Below are positions 22,630 through 33,892 of a DNA stretch of 64,000 nt, piece by piece; position 1 is the first letter of the stretch, and each line of letters starts with the position of its first letter. The position numbers were made by a program, and so were the translations under genes. The DNA comes from Heteronotia binoei. Its lineage: Eukaryota. The notes below the pieces were generated by a model. The model was not told the DNA's origin. It worked only from the letters and a program-made list of their open reading frames with translations, and made no database searches. The stretch covers positions 24,428,001 to 24,492,000 of the forward strand of contig NC_083233.1 in assembly GCF_032191835.1 (NCBI RefSeq), written 5' to 3'.

Positions 22630-22728
22630 CAAGGGAACAAAATTTGAGTCCAATTGCACCTTTAATACCAACAAAGTTTAATTCTGGGTATAAGCTTTCA
22701 TGTGCATGCAGACTTCTTCTGAGATACC
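22630..22728 (-). mobile_element. Penelope-like pLTR fragment with hammerhead-like motif
   Basis: Minus: GGTAT-CTCAGAAGA-agtctgcatgcacat-GAAA-GCT-T-ATACC...aactttgttggtattaaaggtgcaattggactc. Confidence 0.65.
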
Positions 22729-22940
22729 AAGTGGCAAAGGGATGAATGTGAGCTAAACATTAGATTGGTCTTCTTGCCACAGTGTCCTGCAGAAAGCAAG
22801 AAAGTGCTGTCAGGAGTGAGTGGGGGAAGCCAGTTGATTGCAGCTCCTCAACATGAAGACAGAGACTGAGGCCTGCAATTTGTGGCCAGAAGGATCTTTA
22901 GACCTTACTAAGACCCATTCCCTTTCCCTTACTTTTTCAG

Positions 22941-23099
22941 GGAGACTTGGGCTGGATGAGCAGAGGTTCCATGGTCGGCCCCTTCCAAGAGGCAGCCTTC
23001 GCCTTACCCGTCAGCAGCATGGACAAACCTGTATACACTGACCCTCCCGTCAAAACGAAGTTTGGCTACCACATTATCATGGTTGAAGGGAGAAAATAA
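22941..23099 (+). CDS. PIN4: PIN4 exon 4 with stop
   Basis: cag|GGA...TAA; [52 protein letters not shown]; total CDS 393 nt. Confidence 0.96.
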   Translation, partial: GDLGWMSRGSMVGPFQEAAFALPVSSMDKPVYTDPPVKTKFGYHIIMVEGRK

Positions 23100-23221
23100 A
23101 AATTTCCTGCTCAATCGTGGGAGGTTCTGGCTCTTTGCTTTCATTCCATGATGGGTATTGTGGGAACGGGAAGCAGCCTCTTCTGAGGCTGGTGAACCAT
23201 TGCAACACTTCCTGCAACAGG

Positions 23222-23398
23222 GTTTGTTCCCCTTGATGGACGATGGAGAGGGGAGGATTGTGTGAGAAACCAGTGTGATTTGGACACGTTCATTCCTTGG
23301 CCAGGTGGCCAAGTTTGTTCCCCTTGATGGATGATGGAGTCGGAAGGATTGTGTGAGAAACTGGTGTGATTTAAGCACGCTCGTTCCTGGCCAAGTGG
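23222..23398. repeat. Diverged tandem duplication, 91-bp period, downstream of the PIN4 stop
   Basis: gtttgttccccttgatgg...ggattgtgtgagaaac...gtgtgattt occurs at 23222 and 23313. Confidence 0.85.
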
Positions 23399-23920
23399 TG
23401 GCTGCAGCAGCAATGCTAATAATTGGCCCTTGAGTGTGGAAAGGAAGAGTCATATTGCTGGACATTCAGTTTCAGGGATGCAATTGCTGATACCTCTTGT
23501 CTGCCATCTCTTGGGCATCAGAGGCTGCATCTTTTCCTGAATCATATCCTATATTTCCAAAATGGGCAGAAGGGCACACCTGAACTGTGGCTCTCCATGT
23601 CTTGTTCTAGAATGCCAATGCTCAGCTGGGCCAAGACCACTGCATTGGAGAGAGAAGACAAGATGTTTGAGTCCCAGCTGTTGAATCTTTCCCTCCTGCC
23701 TTAAGAACCATTGGTTCTTCTAATTCAGTACTGTCTACTGTGGCTCGAATTGTAGTAGAAAGGTTTTTCCCAACACCTGCCCCGCTATCTTAGATTTTTT
23801 AATTGGAGATGCCAAGGATTGAGCATGGAACTCTTTGTAGTGCTTTCAGAATCTTGCCACTGAAACAAAGATCCCTCTTGCATTACCTTCTCATCTCCTA
23901 ATGTAATGCTGAGAGGAAGA

Positions 23921-24133
23921 GAGGGATGGTGGCTCAGTGGTAGAGCATCTGCTTGGTAAGCAGAAGGTCTCAGGTTCAATCCCCAGCATCTCCAACTAAA
24001 AAGGGTCCAGGCAAATAGGCGTGAAAAACCTCAGCTTTGAGACCCTGGAGAGCCGCTTGCCAGTATGAGTAGACAATACTGACTTTGATGGACCAAAAAT
24101 CTGATTTAGTATAAGGGAGCTTCATATATGTTC
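23921..24133 (+). mobile_element. Short tRNA-derived SINE
   Basis: gagggatggtggctcagtggtagagcatctgcttgg...gcagcttcatatatgttc; copies at 24913-25072(+), 30865-31072(-), 60937-61133(+). Confidence 0.85.
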
Positions 24134-25129
24134 AATGCTCTTCCATAATTTAAGAAATTTACTTCCCAAGAAGCACAGCTGTGGCTCAAGCTGAACACAT
24201 TTTAAGGTTTAGGCTAAAGCTACAGAATTTCTGTGTGACTGCTTGGCAGGGGTTATTGAAAGTGGACATTCTCTTGTTGATGGCCTTTCAAAAGAGATGG
24301 GTACACTGTTTTGGTATCTTAAATCTGGATACTTCCGCCCCCCCCCCCCCGCCAAGTTCTCAAAGACATTCAAAAGTCTACCTGGAGATTGAGGTTCAGT
24401 ACTCACTGATCTGGATCGCCCAGGCTAGTCTTATCTCGTTAGATCTCACTGAGAAGCTAAGCCGGGTCAACCCTGGCTGGATAGGCAACCTCCAAGGAAT
24501 ACCAGAGTTGTGATGCAGAGGCAGACAGTGGCAAACCACCTCTGAAGGTCTCTTGATTTGAAAACTTGATGGGGTTGATCACATGTCAGCTGTGACCTGA
24601 CAGCAAAATAAATACAGTTTTGCTTATGGCTTTCTCCTCTACAGACAGCAATTTACAAGTGCCACCCTACTTTTTACTGGAAAGTCTCAGTTGTGCTTCT
24701 CTCATTACAATCATGTTAAGTTTGCTCTTCAGAGGGATGATGAGCCACAGAGGACAATGTTAGCGTGGAAATCAAGGTTAGCTTACCGAGCTCAAGAGAA
24801 AAGATGCATATACGTGGCTTACAAAACTGTTTGCTTGGCTGCCTCCATTAATCCACTTAGGACAGGGACGGGAGCGGCCAGCTAAAGGTGAATCTGCTTA
24901 TTTGTTTATTTGGAGAGGGACAGTGGCTCAGTGGTAGGTCCCAGATTCAGTTCCCGGCATCTCCAATTAAAAAGGGTCCAGGCAGGTAGATGTGAAAAAC
25001 CTCAGCTTGAGACCCTGGAGAGCTGCTGACTGATAGACTGAGGGTCTGATTCAGTATGAGGCAGCTTCATGTTTTCCTATGAAGTGGGCTGCAGCAACGA
25101 AAGAGTTAACTTTAATGGGCGTGCCACTT

Positions 25130-25620
25130 TTGGGAACGTTCGAATCACGTGATGCTTTGTCCCCTGACCAAACATTCGCTTCCCCCTTTTTACAGCCATT
25201 GTAGGAGGCAGGCTCGCCCTGGAAGAGACTGCGCCCGCCTCCGAGCCCCCGGAGAGCTTTGTGATTGGCCTCCTTGCTCGAAGGGAGGGCTGCCGTTGAC
25301 TGCAGGCTGCCGCGTTCCTCTTGCTGCCGGAATTGTGAGGAGTGACTCTCGGGGGAGCAGAGCGAAGAATGGCTGCTGGGGCGAACTGGCGAGGGAAGCC
25401 GAACCGAGGGAGGCTTCTGGTGCCGGTCGCGGTGCTGCTGCTGCTGCTGGAGTTGGCGTGCCCGGCTAATGCACTGGAGAACGGGCTGGCTCTGACGCCG
25501 CCCATGGGGTGGCTGCACTGGGAACGCTTCCTCTGTCAGACCGACTGCTCCCAAGACCCCTACCGATGCATCAGGTAGCCAGGCGGCGGGGCCGGTTCTG
25601 AGAAGGAATTGGAGGCTTTG
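25130..25620. promoter_or_regulatory. CpG island/GLA promoter with CLEAR-like E-box, GC box and inverted CCAAT
   Basis: ATCACGTGAT at 25144-25153, cgcccgcc near 25232, gattggc near 25262; CpG-dense. Confidence 0.7.
25369..25574 (+). CDS. GLA: GLA exon 1 (signal peptide and mature N-terminus)
   Basis: ATG GCT GCT...ATC AG|gtagcc; hydrophobic leader then [25 protein letters not shown]. Confidence 0.95.
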
Positions 25621-28179
25621 GAAATGTTTGCATGACTGGAGCGTGTGTGGCATTCCGCACATGCTCAGGAGCACTGTTGTATTATAAATGTGGGGGGGGG
25701 GGAGCATAGGTCAGTGATAGGGGTTCGGGAAGGTAGTGGAGTAAGAGCTGGGAGTACCGTACGTTTGATGAAAATTTCTCTCCGCGATAAAATTTACTGG
25801 GTAGCATTGGGCTCGTCAAGGACGGGATAAAAGTGCACTCGATAAGGCTGGCAGGTGGGAAAGTACCCCCGCCCTGTGGATTGCAGCCAGTCAGAATTTA
25901 GCACTAGACAAGCTTGCCCAACAGGTCGACTTCCCCCATGAGGAAGTATCATACAGTTTAACATTCATTTGCTAAGTCAAGTGCCATTTGAATTGCGTAG
26001 TGACCAGGTTTCCCCCCCCCCCCTCACCTTCTAAGGGCATTAAATTAACAGAGTAAATCTTTGGAATAGGATGGTCTTGCCAGTTACTGCTGTTGTGAAT
26101 AGTCACTGTCAGGGCTCTTTTTTTTGTAGAAAAAGCCCAGCAGGAACTAATTTGCATATTAGGCCACACCCTCTGATGTCACCATTGTTTAACAGGGCTT
26201 TTTGTAGAAAATTTGTATATTAGGACACACCTTGACACCAAGGCAGCCAGAACTGCATTCCTTTGCGTTCCTGCTCAAATAAAGCCCTAGTCACTATGCT
26301 AATTTTCTTAATTCATTCTCTTTATCTATACTTTGCCTTTCTTCCCACTGGGAACCTGAAATCTGTCTTCCATTTTATCCTAACAGCAACCTTGTGAGGT
26401 AGGTTAGGATATGTGTGTGACTGGCTAGGGCTATCCAGAGTTTCCATGGCAGAGTGGGATTTGAACCTGGGTAAGCACTATACCATGCTGGGTCCACATT
26501 TTTTTTTACTTAGACACGTCACTGGCCGGACTGCTTGCATTTCATGGTACTTTGGCTATAAAGTGTACTGTTTTTCTATCTCTGTTCTCATGTATATGTG
26601 TGAAGCAATTTGTCTAACAATGCCTGTCAACAATGTTGTTGTTGTTCAGTGGCACAGTCAAGTCCAACTCTTTGTGACCCCATGGACAAAGTCATGCCAG
26701 GCCCTCCTGCCTTCCACCATCCTCCGAAGTCTGCTCAAATTTATGCTTGTTACTTCAGTAAAGAACACTTAATGGGTGTGTTGACGTGGATATGAGTTCC
26801 TGAAAACATTTGCCACAATGGACTTCAAAAAACTACAAAACAATTCTGAGGGTTGCTACGCACTGAGTTACAGGGCTACAAACAACAGTGTGGTGTTCTC
26901 CCCACCTTTATGCATTTTATCCAGTTCTCCTTTCCAAGAAATCTGAATATCTTTGCATGATGATTCAGTAATAGGGAGAAGATCACAAAGTGCAGGTTTT
27001 CCTATCATTCCCCCTTTTAGGCTGAGAAACAATGAAGTCTGGCTTATTGTGCTGCAGTTATGGGCTATGGTGTTTATGCTGATTTAAGGGAAAGGCAGGC
27101 CCATCCTTCTGGATGCGCAGGACTTTTTTGGGAGCAGCAACGCCCAGGAATGCAGTTCCAGCTGGCTTGGTGCCCGGGGTGTGGCCTAATATGCAAATTA
27201 GTTCCTGCTAAGCTTTTCTACCAAAAAAAGCTCCGTGGAGGTGTGATGTGTAGATCTGTTACCACTGTCTTATGCTTACAATTGGTTTTAGTATCTGGGC
27301 AGTGGGCAAAATTAAAGGCATGAAAGTTGGCTTGGCAGTTAAGAAAGCAGTATTTAAGAAAGTTTCACATGTTGATTATGCCTGTTTGTAGGTGTAAATG
27401 CCTTTGTACTTTCAAAGGTTACTGATAATCTGTGATATCTTTGTGAGTCCTACTTTGAATCACCGGAATAGTAGGTTATCGTCATGGACTGGAAATGTCA
27501 ACACATTTATCTGGTGTCAATGACTGTGCACTCCGATAGGGTGCTGTAGATGTCTTTGGCGTATACTGGGTTCAGGCATACAGGAACTGTCCTTGTGTGC
27601 TGATGTGGAAATATTTAGCTAGAGAAATAGTTACGTTCCAGCATGTCAGAAATATAGGGACAAACACTGACGTTTGAGGTAACATGTCCCTTTATAGGAG
27701 GAGGAAAAATACATGTCAATTCTTAAGGACCTGAATAAAATCCCTAGGGATTTGGCAATGGAGGATCAAGAGTCTCTGCTCTCCTGGGTTTAGTAGCATG
27801 TCTGAGCTGGAATAATCTGTTATATGCAGGGCTTTTTTTGTAGCAGGAACTTTTTTGCATATTAGGCAGCACACCTGATGTAGCCAGTCCTCGTGGAGCT
27901 TATAGTAGGCATCATGGGGATGTGGCCTAATATGCAAAGGAGTTCCTGCTACAAAAAAGCCCTGATTATTTGAATTCCGTATCTGCTGGTGGAATGTAGT
28001 TACTTATCTCTATTATGAACAAGGTTCAAGTTGTCTCCTTGGATATCCCCCTCCCCCAAATTCTTAGCCATGAATATTTAAATGCCACACAGTGCTTCAG
28101 TGCCAAAGTACAAATCTTCCATATTCTCCTTTCCCCCTTTCCAGTTTCCTTTCGTTTCTTGTGACCCTTCTCTTTTGAG

Positions 28180-28462
28180 GAGAGCCAGTTTGGTGTAGTG
28201 GTTAAGTGTGCGGACTCTTATCTGGGAGAACCGGGTTTGATTCCCCACTCCTCCATTTGCACCTGCTAGCATGGCCTTGGGTCAGCCACAGCTCTGGCAG
28301 TCCTTGAAAGGGCAGCTGCTGTGAGAGCCCTCTCCAGCCCCACACACCTCACAGGGTGCCTGTTGTAGGGGAGGAAGGCAAAGGAGATTGTGAGCCACTC
28401 TGAGACTCTTTGGAGTGGAGGGCGGGATATAAATCCAATATCATCATCATCATCATCATCAT
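28180..28462 (+). mobile_element. Long tRNA-derived SINE with (TCA)n tail abutting the GLA exon 2 acceptor
   Basis: Full-length copy; tail ends about 14 nt before exon 2. Confidence 0.88.
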
Positions 28463-28476
28463 TTTCTTGTTCTCAG

Positions 28477-28651
28477 TGAAAAATTATTCATGCAGATGGC
28501 TGATCTGATGGTGTCCGAAGGCTGGAGGGATGTGGGGTACCAGTACCTGTGCATCGACGATTGCTGGATGGCTCCGACCCGTGACGAGCAGGGCCAGCTG
28601 CAGCCGGACCCCAAACGTTTCCCCAGTGGGATCGCCAAATTAGCTGACTAT
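28477..28651 (+). CDS. GLA: GLA exon 2
   Basis: cag|T GAA...TAT|gtgagt; 175 nt; [33 protein letters not shown]. Confidence 0.97.
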
Positions 28652-29469
28652 GTGAGTGAATGCATGCTGATTTCCTCTGCTTCCAGTTCTGGGCAGCTAA
28701 GGAGGGTAGGAAGAGCTGCTGTTGACATCTTATTCCCTTTTGGGGAAGATGAGGGGGATTTCCTGCCTTGATCCATTTCTTTCTAAATACAGGCCCATAG
28801 AATGGTAGGACTGAAAGTGATCAAAGAGACCAGCTTCCTTCTGAACATGCAGCCGTCCATAAGATTAGACCAAAGATCCATCTATTCCAGTTTTCTGTTA
28901 CCAACAGAACAACCAGATACTTCTGGGAAGTTAGAAGCAGAGCATAAAGGAAACTGTACTTTCCTGTTATCTGTCCCCTGATGATGAAGGAAATAGGAAT
29001 TCTCTGTTATCTGTCACTGGTAGCTAGAATTCATACTGCTATTGAATATGGGTTTACCATTTAATTGTGATAGCTGATAAACACAGATCACTCCCTATCA
29101 GTGTTCCCTCTGAGTTGAGTTAGCGTGAGCTAACTCACAGATTTTTAGCCTCCAGCTCACACATTTTTGTCTTAGCTCGGGTAAAATGACCCCAGAGCAC
29201 AATAATTTATGCAGTAGCTCACAACTTTAATACCAATAGCTTTCAAAGTAGAATTTTTGCTCACAAGACTCCGCAGCTTAGAGGGAACTTTGCTCCCTGT
29301 ATGATTTCAGGTGTCTCTAACTGTCCTTCACTCACCCCCTGTCTTTTACTATCTAGGATCAACCCCTTCTCAGTCTCTCTCCCCCCCCCCCCCTCTAAAA
29401 TGGCCATGTGCTTCTGATCTCCACTCATTTAAAAAGCCCCAAGCTCTCCATTACTTTGATCCTGCTGTC

Positions 29470-29655
29470 TGGGGCAAGTGATGCTCAGTATTCTTGGTGC
29501 TTGGGAGAGGCAACAGTGTGAGGGCTTCTGGTGTCCTGGCCCCACTGATGGACCTCCTGATGGCACCTGGGGTTTTTTTGGCCACTGTGTGACACAGAGC
29601 ATTGTACTGGATGGGCTGTTGGCCTAATCCAACATGGCTTCTCTTATGTTCTTAT
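29470..29655 (+). mobile_element. CR1 3' UTR fragment
   Basis: ...ggccactgtgtgacacagag...ggcttctcttatgttcttat; related fragments at ~62476-62680 and ~62690-62825. Confidence 0.8.
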
Positions 29656-29690
29656 CCCACTGTGTTTGCCTGTTCCTGTCCATGATCCAG

Positions 29691-29868
29691 GTCCACTCCA
29701 AAGGACTGAAGCTGGGCATTTACGCAGATGTCGGGAACAAAACCTGCGCTGGCTTTCCTGGCAGTTATGGTTACTACGAGCTGGATGCAAAAACCTTTGC
29801 CAGCTGGGGGGTGGACCTCCTCAAGTTCGACGGTTGTTACTGCAACACACTGAACCTGCTGGAAGAAG
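29691..29868 (+). CDS. GLA: GLA exon 3 (catalytic nucleophile)
   Basis: cag|GTC...GAA G|gtacat; 178 nt; [25 protein letters not shown]...LLKFDGCYC. Confidence 0.97.
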
Positions 29869-30099
29869 GTACATGCTGGGCTGGGGCTCTGAGGGTACAA
29901 GGCAGCATGGGCTGGAGCCTTAAGTGGAATGTCAGTTTCGGTCCTGGATGCTTGTACCTGGCCGGCTTGTCCAGAAATAGTTTAGGTCTTTGCCTCCTGC
30001 AACTCCCCCACCTCTCTAGCAGTTGCATTACAGAGAAGACAGGTAACTGGCCATTTCTCTCTTGTCCTTGATCAGAAGGCCTATAATTCCAATGGGGTA

Positions 30100-30388
30100 G
30101 AGCCCCATAGTGCAGAGTGGTAAGCTGCAATACTGCAGTCCAAGCTCTGCTTACAACCTGAGTTCAATCCTGGCGGAAGCTGGGTTCACGTAGCTGGCTC
30201 AAGGTTGACCCATCCTTCTGAGGTCGGTAAAATGAGTACCCAGCTTGCTGGGGAGAAAGTGTAAATGACTGGGGAAGGCAATGGCAAACCACTCCATAAA
30301 AAGTCTGCCAAGAAAACATCATGATGTGACATCACCCCGTAGGTCAGTGACGACTTGGTGCTCGCACAGGGGACTACCTTTACCTTTT
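30100..30388 (+). mobile_element. Sauria SINE
   Basis: Same head and tail as 8309-8619. Confidence 0.88.
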
Positions 30389-30399
30389 AGAGTTAAACT

Positions 30400-30620
30400 G
30401 TTGCAGCAAAACTAGCCTGGAAGCCAGCGACGCCTTAAAAACTAACAAAGCATATTCCGGCATAAGGTTTTTTGAGTCTGAGATCACTTCATTAGATCCC
30501 TGGAGTATACATCTGCAGCAGATATATTTATATTTAATGCTACAAGCACCTGAAAGGGGGAAGATGCCACAGAGAGAGGCAGGTTTGAATCCAAAGCCGT
30601 AATTCATTCAGAGTTAGTGG
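30400..30620 (-). mobile_element. Penelope-like 3' fragment with decayed hammerhead motif
   Basis: Minus: ggat-CTAATGA-agtgatctcagactca-AAAA-acct-tatgc...tttgttagtttttaagg. Confidence 0.5.
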
Positions 30621-32040
30621 AGACCACTCCCGACTGCTGATAGATGAGATGACGAGAGATGCAGATCTAAGGTGCATTGTGAAAGGTGATTAAGCAGAAC
30701 TCATTAACATCCGTAAAGGGTGCGTCACACTGAGATATTGCATTTTGCAGCAGCACGTTTTTGTTCTGGGACTGCCCTGCTCATCCACCATAGGGAGGAG
30801 AGTGGTATTGTTGGCACATGAAGGCATGTATTAACATGGGAAGATGAGCCCAGCATGGTACATCTGAACATATGAAACTGCCTTATACTGAATCAGACGT
30901 CTGGTCCATGAAAGTCAGTATTGTCTACACAGACTGGCAGCGACTCTCCAGGGCCTCAAGCTGAGGTTTTTCACATCTATTTGCCTGGACCCTTTTTAGT
31001 TGGAGATGCCAGGGATTGAACCTAGGACCTTCTGCTTACCAAGCAGATGCTCTGCCACTGAGCCATCATCCCAAGCTGATGTTATTAGGACCTGTAATAG
31101 TATTGCCTGCACATATATGGGATTGGATCCTATGACTCCTTTTTGCTGAGCTGGATATGATGATGCCCTTCTGCTAAGACTTTCTTCAACAGAGAGAGAC
31201 TTCCTTCAGTGAAGCCTTTCCATTTTAGTGGATGAGAGTCATAGTATCTGGTTCATGCGAACAAAGTTGGCAGCTTGTCTTGCTACATGTTGTGTTGCCT
31301 AGATTTGTAGTGTTTAGGATAGAGATGATGATATTGGATTTATATCCCGCCCTCCACTCTGAATCTCAGAGTGTCTTACAATCTCCTTTACCTTCCTCCC
31401 CCACAACAGACACCCTGTGAGGTGGGTGGGGCTGAGAGAGCTCTCACAGCAGCTGCTCTTTCAAGGACAACCCCTACGAAAGCTGTGGCTGACCCAAGGC
31501 CATTCCAGCAGGTGCAAGTGGAGGAGCGGGGAATCAAACCTGGTTCTCCTAGATAAGAGTCCGCGCACTTAACCACTACACCAAGCTGGCTCTTGGTGGT
31601 ACAGAGAGCTGTCTGTGAGCCGCCCTGAGCCACTTGGTGGGGAAGGGCGGGATATAAATAATAAATAAACTAAACTAAATAAAAAACTAAACTAATGGCC
31701 TGGGCATCAGCTAGCAGAAAAGGCTCTTCTGCCTCCCCATAAGAGTGTGGCCGGTATGGAGGCACATGCACTTAGTCCCCTGCCTCTGGTCTTCTCCTCC
31801 TTTTGTTTGCTTGTACTCAGGGCTCCTGTAGGGGAAGATGTGGCTATAAATCCAATATCATCATCATCTTCTAAAACCAGCAATATTTGCAAAAAAAGGC
31901 AACACTCTGAGCCAGAAAAAATAAATATGCTCTCATTTCCTGAAAGTGGCACAGGGAGATCTGTATGTTCTCTTCTTGCAGCATTTTAAAGTTTAATTCT
32001 AAGGATTCTGAGAGCGCTGAATTCTTCCCATTTACACCAG

Positions 32041-32132
32041 GTTATAAGACCATGTCCCGGGCTTTGAATAAAACCGGCAGAAGCATTGTGTACTCCTGCG
32101 AATGGCCACTCTACGAGAAGTTCTTGCAGAAG
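32041..32132 (+). CDS. GLA: GLA exon 4
   Basis: cag|GT TAT...AAG|gtaaac; 92 nt; YKTMSRALNKTGRSIVYSCEWPLY. Confidence 0.97.
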
Positions 32133-32367
32133 GTAAACAGGTCCACCTGGCAACTTCAGTGCTTTTCCTCCCACTCTGGGAAGCCCATACCATGGAGGAA
32201 ACCTATGGTAGGCAGACCTAATCTGCAAAGGCACCTGGATTTGAAAACTATGCTGCAGGTGTAAGGATATTTTGGGACAGATTAATGGGTGGTCATACTG
32301 ACCCACCCTTCTCTGTCTTTCCTGCAAGGCAGAGACCAGTATTGAACCTGTTTAAAAAAAAAAAAGA

Positions 32368-33010
32368 GTTCAGTAGCCCTTTAAAGACTAACAAAATCTG
32401 TGGTAAGCTAAAAGCTGTTGTGAGTCACTGCTAAGTTCTTCAGATACAACTAGAACACGAGTCCATCTGTCCTATATATTGGAATGTGGAGTGGTTTTAG
32501 ATGCCAAATGTCAATAGCAGGTGTGATTGGTGTGATATGCAGAGAGGCAGTGGGCACAGAGAAATCATTACTGGTAATGAGACAGGAAACCTAGGTCTTG
32601 ATTCAGTCCAGGTGGATGCATTCTTAAGCTCCGTAAACAGTTGCAATTCAGCAGTCTGTCTAGAAAGACAGAAAATCTCCCTTCGAAATTCCTTTGTAAG
32701 AGAACTGCTTTAAGTTCAGCAACTGAATGTCCCACTGAATTGATATGTGGCAATTAATATACATAATCAGAACTGGAGTTCCAGCACACATCTTCATCAC
32801 AGGAGTTGATGCTACTACACCTGGATGATTGTTCATAATGATACTCGATGTTCTTTCTTTATGCTTAAAACAGCTTTGCTTTATCTTTGGGTGTTGATTG
32901 ATACATAATATTTCTTGATGTTTGGTTATAATCTTTCTGAATCTATATGATATTGCATTCATATGATATAGTTCTACCAAGCTGTTTATAGATTTGTCGA
33001 TAGATTCAAT
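32368..33010 (-). mobile_element. Penelope-like element 3' fragment (GIY-YIG C-terminus plus pLTR)
   Basis: Minus ORF remnant GHSVAELKAVLLQRNFEGR...GLNQDLGFLSHY, followed by gtat-CTGAAGA...gactcac and the pLTR family sequence. Confidence 0.8.
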
Positions 33011-33353
33011 TTATTCAGTATATATTGTTGTTTAGAGCAGGGGTGGCCAAACTTGCTTAACATAAGAGCCACAAGACATGTTTGAGAGCAGGAAGGAAGG
33101 AAAATAGATGGGTGGGATGGAGGAGGGAGGGAGAGGTGGAAAGAAAGCAACTGTAAATGCATTCTCCAAGCTGACCAATGGGGGCTTTGAGAGCCACACA
33201 ATGTGTGTGAAAGAGCCACATGTGGCTCCCGAGCCACAGTTTAGCCACCCCTCGTTTAGAGTTCATTTTCACAATTAGATTTATTCAAGTCACCACCACA
33301 ACTGCGATTCCCTCTTTTTGATCTGGTGTTGGTCTGAAGCAGCAGAATGAAAT

Positions 33354-33481
33354 TTTGAGTCTAGTGGCAGCTTTACTGCCATCAAAGTTTTATTGAAGGT
33401 ATAAGCTTTTGTGTGCATGCATATGAAGGCTTATACCTTGAATAAAACTTTGCTGGTCTTAAAGGTGCCACTGGACTCAAA
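33354..33481. mobile_element. Penelope-like pLTR inverted junction (~128-bp hairpin)
   Basis: tttgagtctagtggc...aaggtataagct mirrored by ggcttatacctt...gccactggactcaaa; centre gtgtgcatgcatat. Confidence 0.7.
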
Positions 33482-33609
33482 CAGTAGTCTTGGGTCCTGG
33501 CATTCTCTCTCTTTGCACCCCAAAATCCAAGCAGGCTATTGCATTCAAACAATGGCTTCTTGGGGTTCAACCATTTTCTCTCTTCCTTTCTCCCCTTTCC
33601 CTTTGGCAG

Positions 33610-33771
33610 CCCAACTACACTGAGATAAAACAGTACTGTAATTACTGGAGGAATTTTGCTGACATCTATGATGCCTGGAGTAGCATCAGGAATACTCTGG
33701 ACTGGACCGTTCTTCATCAGGACAACATCACCAGCATCGCTGGGCCAGGGGGCTGGAACGATCCAGACATG
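33610..33771 (+). CDS. GLA: GLA exon 5 (acid/base catalyst)
   Basis: cag|CCC...ATG|gtgaga; 162 nt; PNYTEIKQYCNYWRNFADI...GPGGWNDPDM. Confidence 0.97.
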
Positions 33772-33892
33772 GTGAGAAATGAGCATGTCCTCTCTGTTCT
33801 AGAGTCTGCTTTTTTGTGAAAGACAAGGGGCTTCATTCAAGCATGATGACAAAAAAACCTACACCGATAAAGATGTTTACAATGAGTGAAAA

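Noticed and set aside
23222-23398. Tandem C/D snoRNAs downstream of PIN4
   Set aside because: TGATGG resembles a C box, but there is no CTGA D box or terminal stem, and the location is not intronic.
23921-24000. Apparent tRNA genes (also 8309, 28180, 60937)
   Set aside because: These are tRNA-like heads continuing into SINE bodies in multiple diverged copies; they are not free-standing tRNA genes.
25051-25707. 218-aa minus-strand ORF as an HNRNPH2-like head-to-head gene
   Set aside because: No RRM similarity; it is the antisense of GC-rich GLA exon 1 and promoter.
25790-25855. Cluster of three GATAA motifs in GLA intron 1
   Set aside because: Short motifs with no independent evidence of conservation; could be chance.
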